Shown here: positions 10,569-18,376 of the stretch, piece by piece
Layout of the letters: each line of letters opens with the position of its first letter
Position numbering within the stretch: position 1 is the first letter of the stretch
Source: a virus
Strand: one strand, 5' to 3'
Length of the DNA stretch: 64,000 nucleotides
Virus record (IMG/VR): IMGVR_UViG_3300032322_001069
Span: 1 to 64,000 of that record
Made by a program: the position numbers and the translations under genes
The notes under the pieces: generated by a model
Seen by the model: the letters and a program-made list of their open reading frames with translations, nothing else
The model's database searches: none
What the model was told of the DNA's origin: nothing

Positions 10569-11290
10569 CGATTTCCTGCTGAAATAAAATAAGGATTGTC
10601 TTGGGCATTTCCGGGTAAAATTTTTCCTTCCAATATCACAGGTTTTTCCTTAAATTGATTTAAAACAAAAGGAAGACTCAGTTGATCTCTTGAAGAGAAT
10701 CTATTAATATGATTAAACCATTCTAATCTAATGTATTTTGATTTATCATTATTTTTAAAAATAAAACAAGTGCATTCGTATAAACCATTATTTGCAGGAT
10801 AATTAAAAGCAGATTTGTAAGCCATTATCTGAAAATCTACTATAGAATTATCATCATAATTAATTTGTTTGATCAATTCTGCTTCTTCATATACACAATT
10901 TCTCTGACTATGTTTGAATAGACAAAAATTTGAAACCGAGGTATCAAAACTAGTATTTAAAATTATTAAACGCGGATCATTTTTTAGTTCAAAATAAGCA
11001 TCCATCCAGATATAATAATCATAGTTAGGAATAAAAATATCTGGAAGAATTTTGTATATTTTTCCTTGTCTTCTTGATCTAAATTTTGTAGATCCCACTG
11101 GAGAATCTATAAAACAATTATCCTGATTCACATCAATTACATTTACTCCGCGCGTCTTAAGATTGTTTTTTGATATTTCATCATTTGAATCTGTAAAATA
11201 ATAATAGTCAACATTTTCTATTTTGGGTAAATTATTCCAAAAAACAGAATTTCTAGAACCAAAATTTGATTTGACTATTGCTATTTTCAT
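10565..11290 (-). CDS. DUF616/TOD1-MUCI70-type glycosyltransferase
   Basis: YYYFTD, YKILP, YIWMDA, FKHSQRNCVYEE, SRDQLSLPFV; start moved to ATG 11290. Confidence 0.8.
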   Translation of the reverse strand: MKIAIVKSNFGSRNSVFWNNLPKIENVDYYYFTDSNDEISKNNLKTRGVNVIDVNQDNCFIDSPVGSTKFRSRRQGKIYKILPDIFIPNYDYYIWMDAYFELKNDPRLIILNTSFDTSVSNFCLFKHSQRNCVYEEAELIKQINYDDNSIVDFQIMAYKSAFNYPANNGLYECTCFIFKNNDKSKYIRLEWFNHINRFSSRDQLSLPFVLNQFKEKPVILEGKILPGNAQDNPYFISAGNR

Positions 11291-12285
11291 AGACCTATCC
11301 ACTTGGGATTTTTTAGTGACCAATCTACAAGATTTTCAATAGATTTTTCTAGATTATTAATTGGCTTCCAGCCCATTAGTTCTAGTTTAGAACCATCTAA
11401 AGCATATCTCAAATCATGTCCTGGTCTAGAACTATGGAAATCCACCATCTCGTAATTTAATTCTTTTCCTACAAAAGTGCTAATAAGTTTTGCTAGGGTA
11501 AGATTATCAACTTCTTTTTCGCCAACAATGTTATATTTTTCGCCGTGCTTACCATTTCTAAGTAAGAATTGTACTGCACTACAAACATTTTTTGCGTGAA
11601 TATAATATCTACTACCAGCTTCTGTTAACAATTTATTGGCGTGTATGGTTATCTTGCCTCCGGTAAAGCTATTTCTAATACAGAGAGGAATAAATTTTTC
11701 TGGGTGCTGCCTTTCACCAAAAATATTCATACAATGAGTCACCATAACTGGTAACTTATATGTATTATGGAATGCCATACACAATTCTTCTCCCCCAGCC
11801 TTAGAAGCTGAGTAAGGATTACCAGAATTATATCTATCATTTTCTTTGTAATTTACGCCTAGAGGAGCTGGACCAAAAATTTCATCAGTAGAAAAATACA
11901 CAAAATTATCTAAATTTTCTTGGGTTCTTGCATAATTAAGAATGTTGCAAGTGCCAACTACATTATCCATGACAAAACTCAATGGATCTTCTATTGATCT
12001 ATCTACATGGGATGATGCTCCAATATGGAGAATAGTATTAATTTTTCCTATCTGGGATTTGAGTATAGTATTATTCTGCATTTCTGCTTTCATATCATGC
12101 CAAATAAAACTAACTCGCTTTCCTTCTTTTTCCCATATAGGCAATTCTGTTAGTCTGTTAAGATTGCCAGAAACATCTAATCTATCAATAATGATAATTT
12201 CGCAATCATCATTTTTTAGAAGATGTTCGACCATATGGTGACCAACAAAACCACAACCTCCAGTTATAAGCGTTCTATTTTTCAT
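11287..12285 (-). CDS. rmlB: dTDP-glucose 4,6-dehydratase-like
   Basis: ITGGCGFVG, ASSHVDRSI, STDEIFG, YSASK, QHPEKFIP, RPGHDLRY. Confidence 0.9.
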   Translation of the reverse strand: MKNRTLITGGCGFVGHHMVEHLLKNDDCEIIIIDRLDVSGNLNRLTELPIWEKEGKRVSFIWHDMKAEMQNNTILKSQIGKINTILHIGASSHVDRSIEDPLSFVMDNVVGTCNILNYARTQENLDNFVYFSTDEIFGPAPLGVNYKENDRYNSGNPYSASKAGGEELCMAFHNTYKLPVMVTHCMNIFGERQHPEKFIPLCIRNSFTGGKITIHANKLLTEAGSRYYIHAKNVCSAVQFLLRNGKHGEKYNIVGEKEVDNLTLAKLISTFVGKELNYEMVDFHSSRPGHDLRYALDGSKLELMGWKPINNLEKSIENLVDWSLKNPKWIGL

Positions 12286-12971
12286 ATTTTTTCCTTAAAT
12301 TTATTTTTACAATATTCTATTTCTCTGCTCAATAAATGAGCATGTGTATTTTGCATTTGATTTTGATGAAGTCTATTTGCGACTAGCAAATTTTTTATAA
12401 TAAAAGGTTCTCCGTAGATATTATACAATCTTTTGTAAATATCGCAATCCATAAGCATAATTAATTCTTCATCAAAAAAATGTTTCCCTCTAAATGCTAG
12501 AACACTAGGAGAACTTATAGTATTTTTTCCCAAATGGATATTATGGTTATATTGAGGGATCAATGGCCTGTCTAAAAAATGTATATTTTTACAATGAACG
12601 CAACCACTTAATATCCATTGCGCGTCTTTATTAAAAGCATCTACAATATAATTTAATGAATTTTCATCAATAAAAAAATCATCTTGAAAAATAACTTTAA
12701 TAAAATCTGATGAGCAATTTTTTATTGCATTATTTGCATTACATGAATTTGTTCTTTTTATATTATGACCAGAAATATATTTAATATTCATATTTTTTTC
12801 ATAATATGCACATAATAATTTAATTTTATCATCTGAACTTTGATCACTAATTACAACTTCATAATCTTTGAATGTTTGTTTGTAAATACTATTCAAAAGT
12901 TCTGATAAGTACAGCCAACCATTTCCATTAGCTTCATATACTGGTATCGCTATTGATAAAGTGTTTTTCAT
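12282..12971 (-). CDS. GT2 glycosyltransferase
   Basis: SIAIPVY, VVISDQSSD, FQDDF; start moved to ATG 12971. Confidence 0.85.
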   Translation of the reverse strand: MKNTLSIAIPVYEANGNGWLYLSELLNSIYKQTFKDYEVVISDQSSDDKIKLLCAYYEKNMNIKYISGHNIKRTNSCNANNAIKNCSSDFIKVIFQDDFFIDENSLNYIVDAFNKDAQWILSGCVHCKNIHFLDRPLIPQYNHNIHLGKNTISSPSVLAFRGKHFFDEELIMLMDCDIYKRLYNIYGEPFIIKNLLVANRLHQNQMQNTHAHLLSREIEYCKNKFKEKI

Positions 12972-13752
12972 AATGATAAATTCCAGAACAAAAATATTTT
13001 TCAAATGATGGATTTAATTCTAAAGCTTTATTGTAATTATGTTTTATATAGGGCATCATACTTTGATATTTTTCAAATGATAAATTATTAATATCAAAGG
13101 TTGAATCTAAAAATATTATTCCTCGCACATCAAATGTTTTTCCTATAGAAGGATTACCATAATATATTGGAACTGTTCCTGTTAAAAAACAATCTAATAT
13201 TTTTTCTGTTGTGTATCCAGGTGCAATACAATTTTCTATAGCAAAGGAAAAACAATAATCATTTAAACCTTCTTCTTTATTTTTAATGTATTTGTAGCCT
13301 TCTCCGTACAGATCAATTTTTTTACCAAAATGATTTATTATTAAATGTCTAAGCTTATGTCCATAAGTTGCATTTTTGTTGGAAGCAATTATAGAACACA
13401 ATTTAGTTTTCGATGGTATTTTAGGTTCTTTTATCCAAGAATTTAATGGAGCTTCAGAATAAAAATATTTTTTTCCATCATAAAGATTTTCGTAGTAAGT
13501 AACAACAATATCTGGATTTAAATCTTTAATTATAGTTTCATAATTTGTATTTACAGTTTTTAAAATTTCTTCTGGTTCTACTAAATATAAAATTTTTGGT
13601 TTATTTGAATCTACTTTTATAGAATTATCAATATAAAAAATATAATCACATTCATTTATATTTTTAGTTCTTTCCCATATAATATTATTATCTTTGTAAT
13701 TGGACCATGTAATAGGGTCTAGTTTAGAAGAAGAAATAAAAATTTTTTTCAA
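12934..13752 (-). CDS. GT10 alpha-1,3-fucosyltransferase-like
   Basis: YCFSFAIEN...GYTTEKILDCFLTGTVPIYYG GT10 signature. Confidence 0.85.
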   Translation of the reverse strand: MKKIFISSSKLDPITWSNYKDNNIIWERTKNINECDYIFYIDNSIKVDSNKPKILYLVEPEEILKTVNTNYETIIKDLNPDIVVTYYENLYDGKKYFYSEAPLNSWIKEPKIPSKTKLCSIIASNKNATYGHKLRHLIINHFGKKIDLYGEGYKYIKNKEEGLNDYCFSFAIENCIAPGYTTEKILDCFLTGTVPIYYGNPSIGKTFDVRGIIFLDSTFDINNLSFEKYQSMMPYIKHNYNKALELNPSFEKYFCSGIYHYEKHFINSDTSI

Positions 13753-14516
13753 ATTAACACCATATCTTTTCTATAAATTTCTTGCCAATTTTTTGGTGCT
13801 CTTTTATTGTACCACCTATCAGGAGCAATAATTTTTTTATTATTATTTTCATTTAACCAAGATCCCCACCAGGAATATGAACTATTAGAAATAATATTAT
13901 GATCGCATAGAGACATTAAAATTATGTCTTTTTCTGCATCATTATTCATAATAATATTTGGTAAATTTTTAAAACTTTCAGAACACCATTTTGGATCATC
14001 TGTAAAGATTACAAAAAAATAAGACGGACCAAAACAATCAATTGCTTTTTTAAAATAATTCATATCGCAAACAAAATGAGTATCTTTGATTAATAAAAAA
14101 TCAGTTCTTCTTACATGTATCCCTACTAATTCTTTATTAACTTTTTCTTTTAATTTTTTCATAAAATCGTAACACATTTTATGTTTTTCTTCATCAAAAA
14201 TAAATATTTTTTTTAAATCTAATTCATTTTCTTCTACATATGTTTTATTTTGAAAATAACCAATAAAATCTGTTCCGTCTTCAATATTAGAAACATCAAA
14301 ATATGCAAAATCATTTTTTTCTATTCCCATGAATTTAGGTATGATATTATTAGAATTTTGCGCGGGAAGTTTAAAAATTTTTGCTATAATTGGATTATTT
14401 TTAAAATCATATCCTATTTCAATTCCCTTTTTTTTACCTACTCCGTATAAAAAAGAAAATTGAAACATTTGATTGCCCAACCATCCATATTTGCCTAAAT
14501 TTTTAAATGTAATCAT
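13749..14516 (-). CDS. GT11 alpha-1,2-fucosyl/colitosyltransferase
   Basis: GWLGNQMFQ, GYFQ, GIHVRRTD, FTDD, NSSYSWWG; start moved to ATG 14516. Confidence 0.9.
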   Translation of the reverse strand: MITFKNLGKYGWLGNQMFQFSFLYGVGKKKGIEIGYDFKNNPIIAKIFKLPAQNSNNIIPKFMGIEKNDFAYFDVSNIEDGTDFIGYFQNKTYVEENELDLKKIFIFDEEKHKMCYDFMKKLKEKVNKELVGIHVRRTDFLLIKDTHFVCDMNYFKKAIDCFGPSYFFVIFTDDPKWCSESFKNLPNIIMNNDAEKDIILMSLCDHNIISNSSYSWWGSWLNENNNKKIIAPDRWYNKRAPKNWQEIYRKDMVLI

Positions 14517-15139
14517 GGTTTTATCTCTAATTCGCATTTAGTAAGATATTCCCATTTATTTGCACTATCAGCAGCATCTGCTTGGTAAAAAACTGGTTTG
14601 TTTGGAGTCAATACTTGAAAATATCTTTGAAGAAAAGCACAACCGACATCAAATGGAGTTTGGCGATTATAAACCAAATCCTTTGACATAATTATTGCAT
14701 CTTTTCTGTATCTTTCGCTTGTGTATAGGATTGCGTGAGTTGCCAAAATTCCAGCAATTCTTTTATAATCTGTATTATATTGGATACAAGTATATCCTCT
14801 ATTACCTATACTAACCCCCAGATATACTGCATCTGTTTCATCTGGAAATTCTAATATAGGATTAAAGTTCTCCTCAATGACTTCAGCATCATCTTCAAGA
14901 ATTAAAAATGGCGTTTTTAGATCTGAAAGTTCAAATATATCAATATGAGATTGAGCACATCCGACATAGTGTTTATTTGACGGTATCGTATCCGGTGGAG
15001 ATGGAATAACTCTAGCAGACTTTCTAATAGTGTTCTTGAAGCCTAGCTTCTCAAACATCTTAGTCATTCGTTCTGCGTTTTTTGTTGCTGTATCTAGATT
15101 AATCCAATATACTGGTATTTCACGAAGATCTATTTTCAT
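14513..15139 (-). CDS. GT25-like glycosyltransferase
   Basis: VYWINLD, GCAQSH, LILEDDA. Confidence 0.75.
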   Translation of the reverse strand: MKIDLREIPVYWINLDTATKNAERMTKMFEKLGFKNTIRKSARVIPSPPDTIPSNKHYVGCAQSHIDIFELSDLKTPFLILEDDAEVIEENFNPILEFPDETDAVYLGVSIGNRGYTCIQYNTDYKRIAGILATHAILYTSERYRKDAIIMSKDLVYNRQTPFDVGCAFLQRYFQVLTPNKPVFYQADAADSANKWEYLTKCELEIKP

Positions 15140-15428
15140 AATTAATAAATTTGTTAGAGTATTCTAAAAGTTCTTGAGAATTTGTCAAGATATAATCAAA
15201 GCGAGATTCTACTTCAGCAAGATTCTGTAATGCAAATTCAGTCATCACAGGATCATCTATGAAGGCTAAAGTTGTCTTAGTCTTATCTTTGCTGTAGAGA
15301 AACACGGCTTCATCTATACCTCTACCCCAGTAGACCTCTACTGGCTTGGTAACATTTCTCTTATTTAAAAACTTGTAAACGGCCTCTTTTATGTCGAGGG
15401 GCATATAATCTTCATTACAAATATACAT
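15120..15428 (-). CDS. Hypothetical protein, possible glycosyltransferase N-terminal fragment
   Basis: ORF coupled to regA; FDYILTNSQELL resembles N-halves of phage GT10-like proteins. Confidence 0.5.
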   Translation of the reverse strand: MYICNEDYMPLDIKEAVYKFLNKRNVTKPVEVYWGRGIDEAVFLYSKDKTKTTLAFIDDPVMTEFALQNLAEVESRFDYILTNSQELLEYSNKFINYENRSS

Positions 15429-15838
15429 TATTTTTTACCGATATGATATTTTTGAATTAAAGTCCAATCCTTCTTTTCCGAGTGGGGAAGAATCTTGATT
15501 TGATTAATCCCTAACTGTGGTTCTTTGTATTTATCTGGATTTGTGGGATGAATCAATCCCCATTCGGTAAGAAGTTTCACTATTACATTTCTTCTGCCAA
15601 GATCGTTCTCGTCCATGTCGCTATTCAGACCATCAAGAACAAACATCTCCTTGAAGTGCATGATTGCGTATCTTCCTCTCTTATGCAGAATATGACATGA
15701 TTGATAAAGCTTCTTTTCTTGTTTAGAAGAAACACCTATACGGGTTAATGTTTCCTTAACCTTCAGAAAGTCTTGTTCAGACTTTAGCTTTACTTCTACG
15801 CCTAAACCTTGAAAAATATCCTCGTCAACTGGGTTCAT
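15428..15838 (-). CDS. regA: Translational repressor RegA
   Basis: DFLKVKETLTRIGVSS...LYQSCHILHKRGRY..MHFKE; GGAG SD before ATG 15838. Confidence 0.97.
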   Translation of the reverse strand: MNPVDEDIFQGLGVEVKLKSEQDFLKVKETLTRIGVSSKQEKKLYQSCHILHKRGRYAIMHFKEMFVLDGLNSDMDENDLGRRNVIVKLLTEWGLIHPTNPDKYKEPQLGINQIKILPHSEKKDWTLIQKYHIGKK

Positions 15839-15862
15839 AATATCTCCATACAAGGATATTTA

Positions 15863-16231
15863 TTAAATTTTAAATGTTTCTACATGCTTTACGATAGCAT
15901 CCTTTTGGTCCTGGGTCAAAAGAACCTCATATTCACATGCTTTACGATAGGAGACATCGTAATACTTGATAATAGCCTGAATTACATCACTCTTGTCTTT
16001 CTTGGCCCATCCGCTGAACCGCTTTCGCTTACGGACAGCCAATCTGTAGTAATCGTACTGCATTCTTTTGTCTAGGAATGGGTACTTGTTCATTTCGTTG
16101 GCATAGGCCACGGTATCCATGAAATAAGAGAGAGACTTGTTAACTATAAAAGGAACATAATCCCGACCATCTTGATCGAGAATATCTTCCTTAGTATAGT
16201 TGATGGATTCTAGAACCTTCCCTAGATTCAT
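15863..16231 (-). CDS. gp62: Clamp loader small subunit
   Basis: YVPFIVNKSLSYFMDT..ANEMN, RKRKRFSGW; synteny 45-44-62-regA. Confidence 0.95.
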   Translation of the reverse strand: MNLGKVLESINYTKEDILDQDGRDYVPFIVNKSLSYFMDTVAYANEMNKYPFLDKRMQYDYYRLAVRKRKRFSGWAKKDKSDVIQAIIKYYDVSYRKACEYEVLLTQDQKDAIVKHVETFKI

Positions 16232-17178
16232 TTGTTGATACCCTTAAACTCGCAGTTCATCATGATTTCCACCATCATAGCTGTGAGATTGATCTCTTGA
16301 TCAGCTACGAAAGCAGACTTGTATTGATACTCAGCAATGATGGTAATTGCTTGCGGAATGCTGCTTGGGACTAGCATCTCCTGTAGATTGTCGTAGATCT
16401 TACGGAAGATATCCGTGCTATTATCCAGATTCTTCACAATCCATTCACGAACAGACTTGAAGTTCTTTTGTGCCATGAAACCGATCAGCTTGGCAACATC
16501 AACATCCTTGACCTCAGATAGAATTCCGATGTCGATCTTTCCAGACACAGAATACCTCTGAAGTTCATTGATGATTCGCCTGAAGTCCGGGAAATGCTTG
16601 ATTACGAGTTGTCTAACTGCATTGTCATTGTATTCAATATTTTCAGCAGTTAGAATTTTGCAAACTCGCTTGTACATTTCAAGACCGAGCGTGGAGTTTT
16701 CCCCTGATTGAATATTGAAGTTGATCTCTGTGCAGCGAGAGTGAAGAGGTTCAATGATTCGATACTTCCAGTTACAGGTCATGATGAATCGACAGTTGGC
16801 TGCAAATTCCTCAATGGCCCCGCGCAAAGCAGGCTGAATGCTCTGGGCATTGGAGTAATCGAACTCATCCAGAATCACTACCTTCTTGGCATTGGTTAAT
16901 GATACAGTGCTAGCAAAGCCACGAATCTTTGTTCGCAGAGTATCGATATTTCCATCTTCTGAGCAGTTGATAAGAATATAATCGCAGCCTAGATCATTGC
17001 AGAGAGCCTTGGCAACGGTAGTCTTACCGCACCCAGGCTTACCGACAAACATCATGTTCTGCAATTCACCACCCTTAATCATTTCGCTAAAGGTGGCTTT
17101 TAGTTCCTTTGGAAGAACACAATCGGATAGCGTCTGGGGTCGATACTTCTCGACCCACAGGTACTGGTCAGTTGTCAT
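16228..17178 (-). CDS. gp44: Clamp loader large subunit (RFC-type AAA+)
   Basis: LWVEKYRP, GKPGCGKTT, LDEFD, SRC. Confidence 0.97.
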   Translation of the reverse strand: MTTDQYLWVEKYRPQTLSDCVLPKELKATFSEMIKGGELQNMMFVGKPGCGKTTVAKALCNDLGCDYILINCSEDGNIDTLRTKIRGFASTVSLTNAKKVVILDEFDYSNAQSIQPALRGAIEEFAANCRFIMTCNWKYRIIEPLHSRCTEINFNIQSGENSTLGLEMYKRVCKILTAENIEYNDNAVRQLVIKHFPDFRRIINELQRYSVSGKIDIGILSEVKDVDVAKLIGFMAQKNFKSVREWIVKNLDNSTDIFRKIYDNLQEMLVPSSIPQAITIIAEYQYKSAFVADQEINLTAMMVEIMMNCEFKGINK

Positions 17179-17180
17179 GA

Positions 17181-17891
17181 TTAGCTCCCGCTATTGCTGC
17201 TAGATTCCAGAGCGATCCAATAAGTAAGATTTAGATTCTTTGAAGTAAACTTGCTGATGACCTTGCTTCCAATTTGGACATCGTAAGAACCTGGGATCAT
17301 CTTGAGGTTTTCCATCTTTAGACGGAACTCAAAATCATCATCGAAATCGGCATCAAGGCAGTCTTCGGTGCTCCCAAGACTAATTGAGTAGGTATTTGTG
17401 GTGCTGTCCTTGACATCACAGACCTTGGCAAACACTTCCCCGTCCTCAGAATAGATTGACATATCAGCGACCTGAAGGACTCCAGAAGCCTTCTGAAGCT
17501 CGTTCAGCTTCTTGTCCGAGAGGCCGAACTCCAGGACTACGGAAGGCATCGTAAGGGCCTTTGGTGGGTTGCTGGTGATCAGCTTTGGCTCACAGTAGAA
17601 GTACTTGACCGAAGATCCGGTATCGTTCGAAATTTCAAGATACTTATCGTGGAACTCCAGTTCCGGGTTTTCAAATAGCGACAGAATACCTAGGAACTGG
17701 GATAGATCCCAGATACCGAATTCCTGGTCAAATGTCTCCTCTACCGTGGCTTCAGCCACGATATTCTTGTATGAAGACATTGTAGCAAGCTTGTTTCCGG
17801 GACGAATCAGCAGATTGCTGTTGATCGTTGAGAAGTTCTTCAGGATCTGAAGAGTGGGCTTGCTGAGAGTTAGTTTGGATGTAGTTTTCAT
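17181..17891 (-). CDS. gp45: Sliding clamp
   Basis: LKNFSTIN, FGIWDLSQFL, YWIALE; synteny. Confidence 0.95.
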   Translation of the reverse strand: MKTTSKLTLSKPTLQILKNFSTINSNLLIRPGNKLATMSSYKNIVAEATVEETFDQEFGIWDLSQFLGILSLFENPELEFHDKYLEISNDTGSSVKYFYCEPKLITSNPPKALTMPSVVLEFGLSDKKLNELQKASGVLQVADMSIYSEDGEVFAKVCDVKDSTTNTYSISLGSTEDCLDADFDDDFEFRLKMENLKMIPGSYDVQIGSKVISKFTSKNLNLTYWIALESSSNSGS

Positions 17892-17912
17892 AATATAAAA
17901 TTCGCCTTTCGA

Positions 17913-18074
17913 TCAGGTATTGTCCTGCAAATAGTCGTAAAAGTCAAGGCTCCCGTCACGCAAATCATGCATTAATTTCTTCGTGGTGTGACGCAAATCA
18001 CGAAGTTTTTTCTTTCTAAAGAATCTTGCGAGTTTTCTGGCCCGAATGATTTTCCAAAGTGGATGTTTTTTCAT
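17913..18074 (-). CDS. Small basic hypothetical protein (53 aa, absent from the ORF track)
   Basis: ATG overlaps upstream TGA (ATGA); MKKHPLWKIIRARKLARFFRKKKLRDLRHTTKKLMHDLRDGSLDFYDYLQDNT; fills the gap before gp45. Confidence 0.65.
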   Translation of the reverse strand: MKKHPLWKIIRARKLARFFRKKKLRDLRHTTKKLMHDLRDGSLDFYDYLQDNT

Positions 18075-18376
18075 AAGATACCTACCCAAGAATACGAGTT
18101 GCCGTCGTAGATATACTCATACAACATACCATTCGTTGTATTGAGCCATCTTTGACCAACAACTGGTTCGTAAGGGGCAGATTCTCCTGTATAAACTCCA
18201 GCAGAGTTCAAGAGTTTCCAACCCCTTGTTTCGCCATGCTCCGGGGAGAAGCCGCTTATTTCAGCAGAAGCGTAATAATACTTACCTTCTCGCTCAACAA
18301 TATCCCCTTCGCCGTATACCTTGAGTGTACCGTCTGGGTTTGAAATTTTAAATTTTCCAATAAAATTCAAACTCAT
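18071..18376 (-). CDS. Hypothetical protein with CBM-like and fibre-motif halves
   Basis: YGEGDIVEREGKYY..W and SAP..PVVGQRWLNTTNG..YEYIYDGNSYSW. Confidence 0.7.
   Translation of the reverse strand: MSLNFIGKFKISNPDGTLKVYGEGDIVEREGKYYYASAEISGFSPEHGETRGWKLLNSAGVYTGESAPYEPVVGQRWLNTTNGMLYEYIYDGNSYSWVGIL

Noticed and set aside
4632-15139. Island as a DNA hypermodification locus or host-contig contamination
   Set aside because: No base hydroxymethylase or T4-type DNA glucosyltransferase is recognisable, and the genes overlap seamlessly with phage regA; not fully excluded
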